From: Sandaracinaceae bacterium
GTDB lineage: Bacteria; Myxococcota_A; Polyangia; Polyangiales; Sandaracinaceae
Reading direction: 5' to 3'
Assembly (NCBI GenBank): GCA_044220955.1
Contig: JBGAQA010000002.1
Location: 32,001-96,000 of the forward strand
DNA length: 64,000 nucleotides
A program made the position numbers and the translations under genes. Every line of letters starts with the position of its first letter. Position 1 is the stretch's first letter. Below, piece by piece: positions 49,277 to 58,121 of the stretch. The notes beneath the pieces are model-generated. The model searched no databases, was not told the origin of the DNA, and was given only the letters and a program-made list of their open reading frames with translations.

Positions 49277-49421
49277 GGGGTCACTCCACACCCATCCAAC
49301 CCATCGAAACGAAAGCGTTCCGGCGGCAAGATGCGCTAGACGAAAAGCGCGAAAGCGTATTGCGCATCTACCCGCCAGAGCGCCGTGATTTCGGGTAGTT
49401 GAAGGGGTGTGGAGTGACCCC
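49277..49421. repeat. 145-bp imperfect palindrome (MITE/REP-like)
   Basis: Perfect 17-bp terminal inverted repeat GGGGTCACTCCACACCC; 66-bp arms align without gaps; 13-nt loop. Confidence 0.85.
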
Positions 49422-51253
49422 TAGTCGGCGGCGAAGGTGCGCTTGAACTGGGCGCGGTTCGCGAAGCCGGGCTGCTTCTCGGCGCGCAACACGAAGGGAC
49501 CGAGCGCGAGCACGTCCATCTCGGTGCCCATGAAGCACCGGTAGGCGTCCTCGGGGGTGCACACGATCGGCTCGCCGCGGACGTTGAAGCTCGTGTTGAT
49601 CAGCATGCCGCAGCCGGTCTTCGCGGCGAACGCCGAGATCAGTGCGTGGTAGCGAGGGTTGGTCTCGCGGTGCACCGTCTGGATGCGCGCGCTGTGATCG
49701 ACGTGCGTGATCGCCGGGACGTCGCTGCGGGCGCGGTTCACCCACTCGAGCAGGTCCGCCGATCGCTCCTCGCTCGCGGCGACACGGCGCGCCGGGAGCA
49801 CGTCCGCGACGAGGAGCATGTAGGGCGAGGATCGGTCCAGCTCGAAGTAGTCGGCCGACTTCTCGGCGAGCACGCTCGGCGCGAAAGGCCGGAAGCTCTC
49901 TCGCTGCTTGATCTTCAGGTTCATGATCGACTGCATCGTGGGCGAGCGCGGGTCGCCGACGATCGAGCGGTTGCCGAGGGCGCGCGGCCCGAACTCCATC
50001 CGCCCCTGGAAGAGCCCGACGACCTTCTGGTCGGCGATGGCACCCGCGACCTCGTTCGCCCACGCGGCGTCGTCGTCGAACGCCTCGTAGACCCAGCCGC
50101 GCGCGTCGAGCAGCCACTGGATCTGCGCACGCGAGAACTCGGGGCCGAGGTAGGCGCCCTGCATCCGGTCGGTGCGCTCGTCGGCCTCACGCGCCCGCCC
50201 GCCCGCCACCCCGAAGTACGCCGCGTACGCGGCGCCGATCGCCCCGCCAGCATCCCCCGCGCCGGGCTGGATCCAGAGGTCGTCGAACGTGCCCGCCCGC
50301 AGCAAGCGCCCGTTCGCGACGCAGTTCAGCGCGACGCCGCCCGCCATGCAGAGCTTCGTCTTGCCCGTGAGCGCCCGCGCGTGCTTCGCGCTCCGCAGCA
50401 CGACCTCCTCACACACCTCTTGCACCGACCTCGCGAGATCCATCTCGCGCTTGGTGATGCGCTCCTCGGGCTTGCGCGCGCGACCGCCGAAGAGCGCAGC
50501 GAAGCGCTCGCTCGTCATCCGTTCGTCGTCGAGGTAGCCGAAGTAGCTCATGTCGAGCCGCAGCGAGCCGTCGTCCTTGAGGTCGACGAGCTTCTCGAGC
50601 ATGAGCTTGGTGTAGGTGCCCTCACCGTAGGGCGCCAGGCCCATGAGCTTGTACTCGCCGCTGTTCACCTTGAATCCAGTGAAGTACGTGACGGCGCTGT
50701 AGAGGAGGCCGAGGCTGTGCGGGAAGCGCTGCTCCTCGAGCAGCCGCAAGGAAGCGCCCTCGCCGACGCCGACGCTCGCGCAGGTCCACTCCCCGACGCC
50801 GTCGAGCGTGAGCACGGCCGCCTCGCGAAAGGGCGAGGGATAGAACGCGCTCGCCGCGTGCGAGAAGTGGTGCTCGGGGAAGCACACCTTCGGCGTCCCG
50901 CGCACTCCGAGCTTGCCGAGCGCTTCGAGGATGGTCGGCTCGATCCAGAGCTTGTCCCGCAGCCACACCGGCACCGCGTGGACGAAGTTGCGCAACCCGT
51001 GCGGCGCCGTGCCGAGCGCGGTCTCGAGGATGCGGTGGAACTTCAGGATGGGCTTGTCGTAGAAGGCCACGACGTCGAGCTCTTCGGTGCCGCCCTCCGC
51101 GAGGCAGTAGCGCACGGCGTTCTCGGGGAAGCGCTCGTCGTGCTTCACCCGCGAGAAGCGCTCCTCCTGCGCGGCGGCGACGATGCGCCCGTCCTCGACG
51201 AGGCACGCCGCGGCGTCGTGGTACCAGCAGCTGATCCCGAGCACGCGCGCCAT
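49421..51253 (-). CDS. O-carbamoyltransferase, NodU/CmcH/SxtI family
   Basis: YHDAAA, QEERFSR, HHFSH, GEYKLMGLAPYG, GGVALNCVANG, GPRALGNRS and NTSFNVRGEP. Confidence 0.96.
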   Translation of the reverse strand: MARVLGISCWYHDAAACLVEDGRIVAAAQEERFSRVKHDERFPENAVRYCLAEGGTEELDVVAFYDKPILKFHRILETALGTAPHGLRNFVHAVPVWLRDKLWIEPTILEALGKLGVRGTPKVCFPEHHFSHAASAFYPSPFREAAVLTLDGVGEWTCASVGVGEGASLRLLEEQRFPHSLGLLYSAVTYFTGFKVNSGEYKLMGLAPYGEGTYTKLMLEKLVDLKDDGSLRLDMSYFGYLDDERMTSERFAALFGGRARKPEERITKREMDLARSVQEVCEEVVLRSAKHARALTGKTKLCMAGGVALNCVANGRLLRAGTFDDLWIQPGAGDAGGAIGAAYAAYFGVAGGRAREADERTDRMQGAYLGPEFSRAQIQWLLDARGWVYEAFDDDAAWANEVAGAIADQKVVGLFQGRMEFGPRALGNRSIVGDPRSPTMQSIMNLKIKQRESFRPFAPSVLAEKSADYFELDRSSPYMLLVADVLPARRVAASEERSADLLEWVNRARSDVPAITHVDHSARIQTVHRETNPRYHALISAFAAKTGCGMLINTSFNVRGEPIVCTPEDAYRCFMGTEMDVLALGPFVLRAEKQPGFANRAQFKRTFAAD

Positions 51254-51254
51254 G

Positions 51255-51716
51255 TCAGTACGGCTTCTCGAGATCGCGCGGCGGCCCGTGCTGCAACCAG
51301 TAGGTCTTCGCCGAGCGGTCGAGACCGCGTGCGAGCGCATCGCGCCCTCCCCGCCGGAAGAGCAGCCGGAAGGGGGCGAAGAAGAGAAAGAACACCGGCG
51401 CCAGCAAGAGCCAGGCGAGGGCCGATCCGACGAGCTCGCCGACGCGGTCGACGCCGCGGGCGAGCGCTGCGTAGCCGCGGCCTGGCGAGGCGAGCGCCAG
51501 GACGAGGGTGACGCCGCCGAGCACCGACACGAGCGCGCCGGGGAGCGCCCGCCCGAACACGAAGAAGATCGACGCCACGACGAAGGCGATCGTGGCGCGC
51601 AGGACGCCGCTCTTGCGCAGGGTACGCGCGTGCTCCCGCGCGAGCGCGACCGGATCGGCGGGCACGGCGAAGGGGGCCGCCGCTTCGGGGCGACCGCGCA
51701 CCACGGGATCGCTCAT
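51255..51716 (-). CDS. SxtJ-like membrane protein
   Basis: TM helices, FFLFFAP, D.L, TYW and C-terminal LEKPY. Confidence 0.78.
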   Translation of the reverse strand: MSDPVVRGRPEAAAPFAVPADPVALAREHARTLRKSGVLRATIAFVVASIFFVFGRALPGALVSVLGGVTLVLALASPGRGYAALARGVDRVGELVGSALAWLLLAPVFFLFFAPFRLLFRRGGRDALARGLDRSAKTYWLQHGPPRDLEKPY

Positions 51717-52201
51717 GGCAGCTCCTTCTTTCCCTCGCGCTCCTCGCGCTGCTTGCGCCGGAGCTCGCCGAAGAACTTCTTGAGCATCTCGCTCGCTTCG
51801 TCCTTGCGCACGCCCGTGCTGATCGCGAAGCGGTGGTTCAGCCGCAGGTCGGTCCCGATGTTGTAGAGCGTCGCCGTCGCGCCCGCCTTCGGATCCTCCG
51901 TGGCGTAGACGACCCGATCCACGCGCGCGTTCACGAGCGCCCCCGCGCACATCGGGCAGGGCTCGAGCGTCACGAAGCACGTCGCGCCCGAGAGGCGCCA
52001 GGTGCCGAGCGCCCTCGCGGCGTCGCGCAGCGCGATCAGCTCGGCGTGCGCCGTCGGGTCCTGGACCGTCTCGCGCAGGTTGTGTGCGCGCGCGATCACG
52101 CGCTCCTCGTGCACGATCACGCACCCGACCGGCACCTCGCCCGACTCGCCTGCGAGCCGCGCCTGCGCGAGCGCCTCGTCCATCCAGTCGTCGTCCGTCA
52201 T
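51713..52201 (-). CDS. tadA: tRNA adenosine(34) deaminase
   Basis: EVPVG, DPTAHAE, TLEPCPMC and DPKAG. Confidence 0.95.
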   Translation of the reverse strand: MTDDDWMDEALAQARLAGESGEVPVGCVIVHEERVIARAHNLRETVQDPTAHAELIALRDAARALGTWRLSGATCFVTLEPCPMCAGALVNARVDRVVYATEDPKAGATATLYNIGTDLRLNHRFAISTGVRKDEASEMLKKFFGELRRKQREEREGKKELP

Positions 52202-52234
52202 CGGATGTACGAGGCGCGAGCGCCGCAAAGGGTA

Positions 52235-52315
52235 GGGCCCCGCCACACGCTGGTCACCGCGACTGTTGCTCCCTTCCGGGCCTGGCAGGGTTGACGGGCC
52301 AGCGTTGGCGAGGCC
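52235..52315 (-). ncRNA. ffs: Signal recognition particle RNA (4.5S)
   Basis: Minus strand GCCAGGCCCGGAAGGGAGCAAC domain-IV motif within a long stem (GGCCUCGCCA/UGGCGGGGCC); ends approximate. Confidence 0.9.
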
Positions 52316-52382
52316 ATGAGCCGACCTTCCGATCGGAACGGGCTGCACGTAGCAGAACTGCCGTCGAAACGCACGCGCCGCG

Positions 52383-52411
52383 TTGACGTGACGATCGCCT
52401 CCGCGGATCCT
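52383..52411 (+). promoter_or_regulatory. Sigma70-type promoter abutting start codon
   Basis: TTGACG-N17-GATCCT-N7-ATG(52419). Confidence 0.6.
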
Positions 52412-52418
52412 CGGGGGG

Positions 52419-53411
52419 ATGCAGGTCGGAGAGCGGGAGCTCGAGGAGCGCATCGCGGACGTCGTGCGCCGCGTGAAGGATCCGCGCGCGGGCCTCTACG
52501 GCCCAGGCTCCGTGAGCTGGAGGGTGAACCGCGAGGCGATCGTGATGCTCGGCGGCGGCCGCGCCGCGCTCCTGCAGCTGGCGCACCCCTACGTCGCGTA
52601 CGGCGTCGACCAGCACAGCGCGACGCGCCACGACCCGATCGGCCGATTCCGCCGGACGTTCGAGAACGTGTTCGCGATGGTGTTCGGCGATCTCGACGCG
52701 GCCCTCGCGTGCGCGCGGCGCGTCCACGCGGTGCACGCGAGGATCCGCGGCGCCATCGCCGAGCATGCCGGCAGGTTCCCGCGCGGGCACCGCTACCAGG
52801 CGAACGACGCGGACGCGCTCTTCTGGGTGCAGGCGACGCTCATCGACACGGCGGTGCAGACGTACGAGCTGCTCGTCGAACCGCTCACGCTCACCCAGAA
52901 GGCACAGTACTACGACGAGTCGCGGCTCTTCTCCGGCCTGTTCGGGATCCCCGACTCCGCGATCCCGCGGGACTGGCCCGCGTTCCGCCGCTACTTCGAC
53001 GCGATGATCGCGAGCGACGCGATCACCATGAGCGCGCCGGCCAAGGAGATGGCCCACTTCCTCTTCCAGCCGCCGCGCCCGATCGCCGGCCCTGCGATCG
53101 GCTGGTACAAGATCTTCACCGCGAGCCTCCTGCCTGCCCGTCTGCGGTCCGAGCTCGGCCTGAGCTGGACCGAGCGCGACGAGGCGATCGCGAGGCGAAC
53201 GACGGCGCTGCTCCGCGCCATCCAGCGGCGGACGCCGAGGCGCTTCCGGTATTTCCCCGACTACGTGGAGGCGATGCGCCGCGTGAACGGCAAGACGCCT
53301 CGCGATCCGGTCGGGCGCCTGCTCGAGAAGGTCGCGCTGAAGGCGATCGAGCCCTCTCCGGAGCTGCTCGGCCGCGAGCGGAAGCGCGCGATGTCGCGCG
53401 GGCGCGCGTGA
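52419..53411 (+). CDS. MpaB/DUF2236 oxygenase-family protein
   Basis: GPGSVSWRV, LLQLAHP.VA.GV..HS, VH and YQAND. Confidence 0.88.
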   Translation: MQVGERELEERIADVVRRVKDPRAGLYGPGSVSWRVNREAIVMLGGGRAALLQLAHPYVAYGVDQHSATRHDPIGRFRRTFENVFAMVFGDLDAALACARRVHAVHARIRGAIAEHAGRFPRGHRYQANDADALFWVQATLIDTAVQTYELLVEPLTLTQKAQYYDESRLFSGLFGIPDSAIPRDWPAFRRYFDAMIASDAITMSAPAKEMAHFLFQPPRPIAGPAIGWYKIFTASLLPARLRSELGLSWTERDEAIARRTTALLRAIQRRTPRRFRYFPDYVEAMRRVNGKTPRDPVGRLLEKVALKAIEPSPELLGRERKRAMSRGRA

Positions 53412-54691
53412 GCGCCCGGGCACACGACGTGATCGTGTGCGGAGCGGGCTCGGCGGGCGCGGCCCTCGCCGGGATGGCCGCGTCGCGTGGCCTCCGCGTC
53501 CTGGTGCTCGAGCGCCGTACGCTCGATCGCGCCGGCGCTTCGTGGGTGAACGACGTCCCGGGATGGATGTTCGACGAAGCGGGCGTCGCACGACCCGAGG
53601 GCGCCGAGCTGCACGCGAGCGCAGGCGTGACGCTCATCGCAGGCTTCGATCGCTCCGCCCCACGCGTGACGGTGCGGCCCGAGGACTTCCTGGGCGTGGA
53701 CATGCGGGGGCTCGTGAGCCGCCTGCAGGACGATGCCCTGCGTGCGGGCGCGGAGCTCCGGGGGGGCGAGCAGGTCCGCGAGATCGTGCATGGCGCCGAC
53801 GAGGTCGTCGTCACGACCGCGAGCGGCGCGCACCGCGCACGATTCCTCGTCGATGCGTCGGGCCTGTCGGGAGCGGCGGCTCTGGGCAAGATGCACGGCT
53901 CGCCGCGCGACGTCTGCGCCGCGGCGCAGGAGGTGAGGCGCGTACGCGACGAGCGGGCGGCCGACGCGTTCTTCTCGGCACATGGCGCGCGGGACGGTGA
54001 CGTCACGGTCTTCACCGGCGTCGCCGGGGGCTACTCGATCGTGAACGTGCGACGCCACCACGATCGCGTCTTCGTGCTCACCGGCACGATCCCCGCCGAC
54101 GGTCACCCCTCGGGCAAGGCGCTGCTCGACACGTTCGTCGCGGATCACCCGTGGATCGGCGAGCGCGTCTTCGGCGGAGCGCGCGCGATCCCGCTCACGT
54201 ACGCGCGGCCGCTCGTCGCCCGTGGTCGGCTCGCGGCCCTCGGCGACGCCGCGAGCCAGGTGTTCTCGGCCCACGGGTCCGGGACCGGAGCCGGGCTGGT
54301 GGCCGCGCGCATGCTCGCGGACGCGCTCCGCGCGTGCGATCTCGCGCAGTACCAGCACGCGTGGCAGCGCCGCTTCGGGCTGCTGTTCTCCTCCCACGAC
54401 CTCTTCCGCCGCCTCGCGCAGGGGCTCGAGATCGCGGATCTCTCGGCGCTCATCGGTGACGGGGTGCTCGGGGAGGGGGCGGTGCAGGCCGCGCTCGCGC
54501 AGCGCTTCCCGCCGCTCGACGGCGCGATCTTCCGGGCCGGACGCGCTCTCTCGAGGCGCCCCGCCCTCGCGCGCCGCTTCGCGCGTCTCGGCGCCAAGGT
54601 CGCGCAGCTCGCCGCGCTCTACGCCCGCCATCCCGCCGATCCGAGCCGTCAGGCCGCGTGGGCCGAGCGCGTCCACGCCGTGATGCGCTGA
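53408..54691 (+). CDS. FAD-dependent oxidoreductase (geranylgeranyl reductase/lycopene cyclase-like)
   Basis: GAGSAG, VDASG and GDAA...HGSG. Confidence 0.82.
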   Translation: MSARAHDVIVCGAGSAGAALAGMAASRGLRVLVLERRTLDRAGASWVNDVPGWMFDEAGVARPEGAELHASAGVTLIAGFDRSAPRVTVRPEDFLGVDMRGLVSRLQDDALRAGAELRGGEQVREIVHGADEVVVTTASGAHRARFLVDASGLSGAAALGKMHGSPRDVCAAAQEVRRVRDERAADAFFSAHGARDGDVTVFTGVAGGYSIVNVRRHHDRVFVLTGTIPADGHPSGKALLDTFVADHPWIGERVFGGARAIPLTYARPLVARGRLAALGDAASQVFSAHGSGTGAGLVAARMLADALRACDLAQYQHAWQRRFGLLFSSHDLFRRLAQGLEIADLSALIGDGVLGEGAVQAALAQRFPPLDGAIFRAGRALSRRPALARRFARLGAKVAQLAALYARHPADPSRQAAWAERVHAVMR

Positions 54692-54789
54692 TGACGACAG
54701 GAGAGCTCGCCGTGGAGGGCCCGGACGGGAGCGGGCGCAGCCCGCGGACGGGAGGAGCCGGAGGGGCGAGCCGACAGAATTCCGGATCC

Positions 54790-54975
54790 TCGACCCGTGG
54801 GCTTCCGGCCGTGCTGAGCGAGTGGTACACGACGGCCTTCGAGGTCTACGCAGAGACGGCGCTGGGGCTGGCCGGCGCGAAGAACATCAGCTTGGTGCTC
54901 GAGCCGGCCCCGACCGGCAAGCACGCGAGCGGGATCGAGCTGGTCACCCTGCGGGGTGACGCCCACTGGGACTGA
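54790..54975 (+). pseudogene. Probable 3' remnant of a gene
   Basis: Protein-like C-terminal 60 codons (WYTTAFEVYAETALGLAGA...HWD*) preceded by hairpin-rich, non-coding-looking sequence. Confidence 0.4.
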
Positions 54976-54982
54976 GAGAGCC

Positions 54983-55900
54983 ATGGCCTGGAGCGTTCGT
55001 GACATCCCCGATCTGAGCGGCCGCGTGTTCGTCGTCACGGGCGCCAACAGCGGCATCGGCCTCGAGGCCGCCGAGGCGCTCGCCGGCAAGGGGGCCCACG
55101 TCGTGATGGCGTGCCGGAGCATCGACAAGGCCGGCGGCGCGGCCGAGCGCGTGCGAGCCAAGCACCCCGACGCGAGCCTCGAGGTGCGCGCGCTCGACCT
55201 GGCGAGCCTCTCGAGCGTTCGCGCGTTCGCCGAGGCGCTCATGGACGCGCACCCGAAGATCGACGTGCTCGTGAACAACGCCGGGATCATGGCCATCCCA
55301 CGCAGTGTCACCGCCGACGGCTTCGAGATGCAGCTCGGGACCAACCACCTCGGGCACTTCGCGCTGACCGGACGCCTGATGCCCGCCCTCGCGAGAGCGC
55401 CGAGCGCGCGGGTCGTCACCGTCTCGAGCTCGGTGCACCGCGGCGGGCGGATCCGCTTCGACGATCTCATGGGAGAGCAGCGCTACGAGAAGTGGGCGGC
55501 GTACATGCAGAGCAAGCTGGCGAACCTGCTCTTCATGCACGAGCTCCATCGGCGCATGGAGGGCGCGCGCAAGAGCATCGCGTCGCTCTCGTGCCACCCC
55601 GGCTACGCCGCCACGAACCTGCAGTCGGTCGGCCCGAAGCTGGAGCGATCGTGGACCGGCGCGATCTTCGAGACGGGCAACGCGATCGTGGCGCAGTCCG
55701 CGGCCGCAGGCGCGCTCCCCACGCTGCGCGCGGCGACCGATCCGGGCGCGTGCAGCGCGGAGTTCTACGGGCCGCGCGGTCCGCTCGCGCTCTGGGGCGC
55801 ACCCGTGGTCGAGAAGCCCTCGGCGAGCGCGCGCGACGAGGCCATCGCGCGGCGCCTCTGGGAGCGCTCCGTGGAGCTGACCGGCGTCGAGTACCCCTGA
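54983..55900 (+). CDS. Short-chain dehydrogenase/reductase (retinol DH-like)
   Basis: TGANSGIG, NNAG, TNHLGHF and YMQSK. Confidence 0.93.
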   Translation: MAWSVRDIPDLSGRVFVVTGANSGIGLEAAEALAGKGAHVVMACRSIDKAGGAAERVRAKHPDASLEVRALDLASLSSVRAFAEALMDAHPKIDVLVNNAGIMAIPRSVTADGFEMQLGTNHLGHFALTGRLMPALARAPSARVVTVSSSVHRGGRIRFDDLMGEQRYEKWAAYMQSKLANLLFMHELHRRMEGARKSIASLSCHPGYAATNLQSVGPKLERSWTGAIFETGNAIVAQSAAAGALPTLRAATDPGACSAEFYGPRGPLALWGAPVVEKPSASARDEAIARRLWERSVELTGVEYP

Positions 55901-55985
55901 GGGAGCGGCGGCCGTGGGCCCAAACGACACGACGCGCGCGCACCCGCGAGGGCACGCGCGCGTCGGTCGACCCTGTTCGGAGGGA

Positions 55986-56306
55986 TCAGGTCCCGGCGCC
56001 GGCGCAGCTGCGCCCGTTGCCGGCCGGATCCGTCGGGTCGCTGTCGCTGCAGCCGGAGACGGCCCCGCCGCCACCGCCCGCCCCGCCGCAGTGCGTGCCG
56101 CGGCCGATCCCGTCGGTCGGGTCGCTGTCGCTGCAGCCCGAGCCGGTGGCCGCGCCGCTGCCGCCCATGCAGCACGCCGTGGTGGACACGAGCCCGAGCG
56201 CGGCGAGCGCCCCGGCCGCGGCTCCGCCCAGCATCGTCATCTGGCGGCGGCTGAGCTTGCGCTCGGTGGAGATCTCGTCGGCAACCAGCGTCTTCATCTC
56301 GGACAT
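55986..56306 (-). CDS. Small Tat-like lipoprotein with two CSDSDPTD..G.G..C repeats
   Basis: GGAGG RBS, SRRQ, hydrophobic stretch, TACC; 23-bp direct repeat at 56032-56054 and 56116-56138. Confidence 0.72.
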   Translation of the reverse strand: MSEMKTLVADEISTERKLSRRQMTMLGGAAAGALAALGLVSTTACCMGGSGAATGSGCSDSDPTDGIGRGTHCGGAGGGGGAVSGCSDSDPTDPAGNGRSCAGAGT

Positions 56307-56471
56307 CGCACCCTCCATGTGGGGCCCGACAGGGTCTTCGGGCGAGAGAACCCAACCACATTCCGCACCGGGAGCGCAAGCGCGAAGTCGCTGGCACCAC
56401 CGTGAATGCGCCCGGGCCTTCTGGCGTCCACGCGGTTCTGGTACCGTCTCAGGCCGACCGAAGGTGACCAC

Positions 56472-57041
56472 ATGAACCCGATTCGCTCGTGGCGCGGCTC
56501 TCGCGCGCAGTCGCTCGTCGCTCTCGCCGCCCTCTCGCTGGCGCTCGGTACGCTCGCCACCTACGCGCTGCCGCACGCCGGCGCGCAGCGCCTACGGGCC
56601 ACCGTCTACGTGACGCAGGCGGTGATTCCCCGGGGGCTCACGGAGAAGGCGCTGGTGGGCTTCGCTCGCGGCCACCAGGCGCGCATCATGCAGGAGACGA
56701 CCGAGACGGATCTCGCCCAGCGACACTGGACCGGCAACATGGTCGTCCAGTTCAACACGCCGCCGGGCGATCTCGAGTACCACGCGCTCTTCTACGACGT
56801 CACGGACGGCGTCCGGAACTTCATCGACGACATGGCGATCTACGTGCACGACCGCGAGCAGCGTACGTACGTGCAGCGCATCAACCTCGCGCGTCCGCGC
56901 TTCCGCCCGAACCGCCGCCTCGAGATGGTCGTGACCGTGGCGCACGCCGAGGTCGGCAGGGCCCGCCTCGAGATACGCGGCGAGGAAGTACACCACTCCG
57001 GACAGGTCGACTTCAGCGAAGCCGACACGCACGGAGACTGA
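56472..57041 (+). CDS. Hypothetical secreted protein
   Basis: Signal peptide ending AGA-Q; host-like codon usage. Confidence 0.7.
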   Translation: MNPIRSWRGSRAQSLVALAALSLALGTLATYALPHAGAQRLRATVYVTQAVIPRGLTEKALVGFARGHQARIMQETTETDLAQRHWTGNMVVQFNTPPGDLEYHALFYDVTDGVRNFIDDMAIYVHDREQRTYVQRINLARPRFRPNRRLEMVVTVAHAEVGRARLEIRGEEVHHSGQVDFSEADTHGD

Positions 57042-57095
57042 GGTCTTCGGGCGCAGCCCCGGGTGACATCGTCGCGTGAACGAAGAGGGCGCTCC

Positions 57096-58106
57096 GTGAA
57101 CGCAGACGACGAAGAACGGGACATCCAGTCGCTGCTGGCGGACGCGCGCCGCGGGAAGTGGCCGCCCGCCGTGGTGCTCGTCGGCAGCGAGACGTTCCTG
57201 ATCGAGCGCGCGGTCTCGCTCCTGCGCAAGGCCACGGTCGGCGGCGGGCCGCGCGGCTTCAACGACGACCTCTTCCACGGGACGGGGCTCTCGGGCGCCA
57301 GGGTCGCCGCCGCGGCGAGGACGCTGCCGATGATGGCGAGCGCTCGCTTCGTGCTCGTCCGTAGCGCTCACGACGCGCCGCCGGCGGAGCTGGACGCGCT
57401 CGCGGGCTACGTGGCGGAGCCCTCCCCGAGCACGTGCTTCGTGATGACCGCCGAGAAGATCGACGGCAAGACCAAGCTCGCCAAGGCCGCGAAGGCGTCG
57501 GGCGCGTGGCTCGGGGTCGAGCCGCTGAAGGGCGGTCTGCTCGAGCGCTTCGCCGTGGGCGAGGCCAAGCGTCGCGGCCACGCCTTCGATGGTCAGGCCC
57601 TCGCGGCGCTGCTGGACGCGACCGGCAACGACCTCTCGGCCATCGACGACGGCGTCGAGCGCCTCTCGCTCTACGTCGGTGAGGGCCGCCCGATCGGTCG
57701 CGATGCCGTGGAGGCGGTGGTCACGCGCGTGCGCGTCGACACCATCTGGGCACTGGTCGACGCCATCGCGTCGAAGCGCACGCGACCCGCGCTCGAGGCG
57801 TCGCTCTCCATGCTCGCCGATCGCGAGCCGCCGCTGCGCATCCTCGCGATGGTCGCGCGGCAGGTGCGGATGGTGGCCAAGATGAAGGCTGCCCTCGAGG
57901 ACGGCAAGAGCCAGGCCGACGCCGTGAAGGCCGCGGGAGCCGCGCCGTTCAAGGCGCGCGAGCTCGCCGAATCGGCGCGGAAGTTCTCCGACCAGGATCT
58001 GCGACGCGCGCTCGTGCTCCTGCGCGACGCGGACATCGCCCTCAAGGGCAGCAAGCGCGATCCCGAGATCGTGATGGAGGAGACCGTCCTCTCGCTCTGT
58101 CGTTGA
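57096..58106 (+). CDS. holA: DNA polymerase III delta subunit
   Basis: GSETFL, FN, TLPMM, ERLSLY, IWALVDA and D..LKGS. Confidence 0.9.
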   Translation: MNADDEERDIQSLLADARRGKWPPAVVLVGSETFLIERAVSLLRKATVGGGPRGFNDDLFHGTGLSGARVAAAARTLPMMASARFVLVRSAHDAPPAELDALAGYVAEPSPSTCFVMTAEKIDGKTKLAKAAKASGAWLGVEPLKGGLLERFAVGEAKRRGHAFDGQALAALLDATGNDLSAIDDGVERLSLYVGEGRPIGRDAVEAVVTRVRVDTIWALVDAIASKRTRPALEASLSMLADREPPLRILAMVARQVRMVAKMKAALEDGKSQADAVKAAGAAPFKARELAESARKFSDQDLRRALVLLRDADIALKGSKRDPEIVMEETVLSLCR

Positions 58107-58121
58107 GTCGGCGACCGAGCG

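Noticed and set aside
49099..51716. Saxitoxin biosynthesis cluster
   Set aside because: Only sxtI/J/K-like genes are present; no sxtA, sxtG or other core genes in the window.
54777..54795. Vector polylinker (GAATTCCGGATCC)
   Set aside because: Two adjacent restriction sites with no other vector-like sequence; chance is sufficient.
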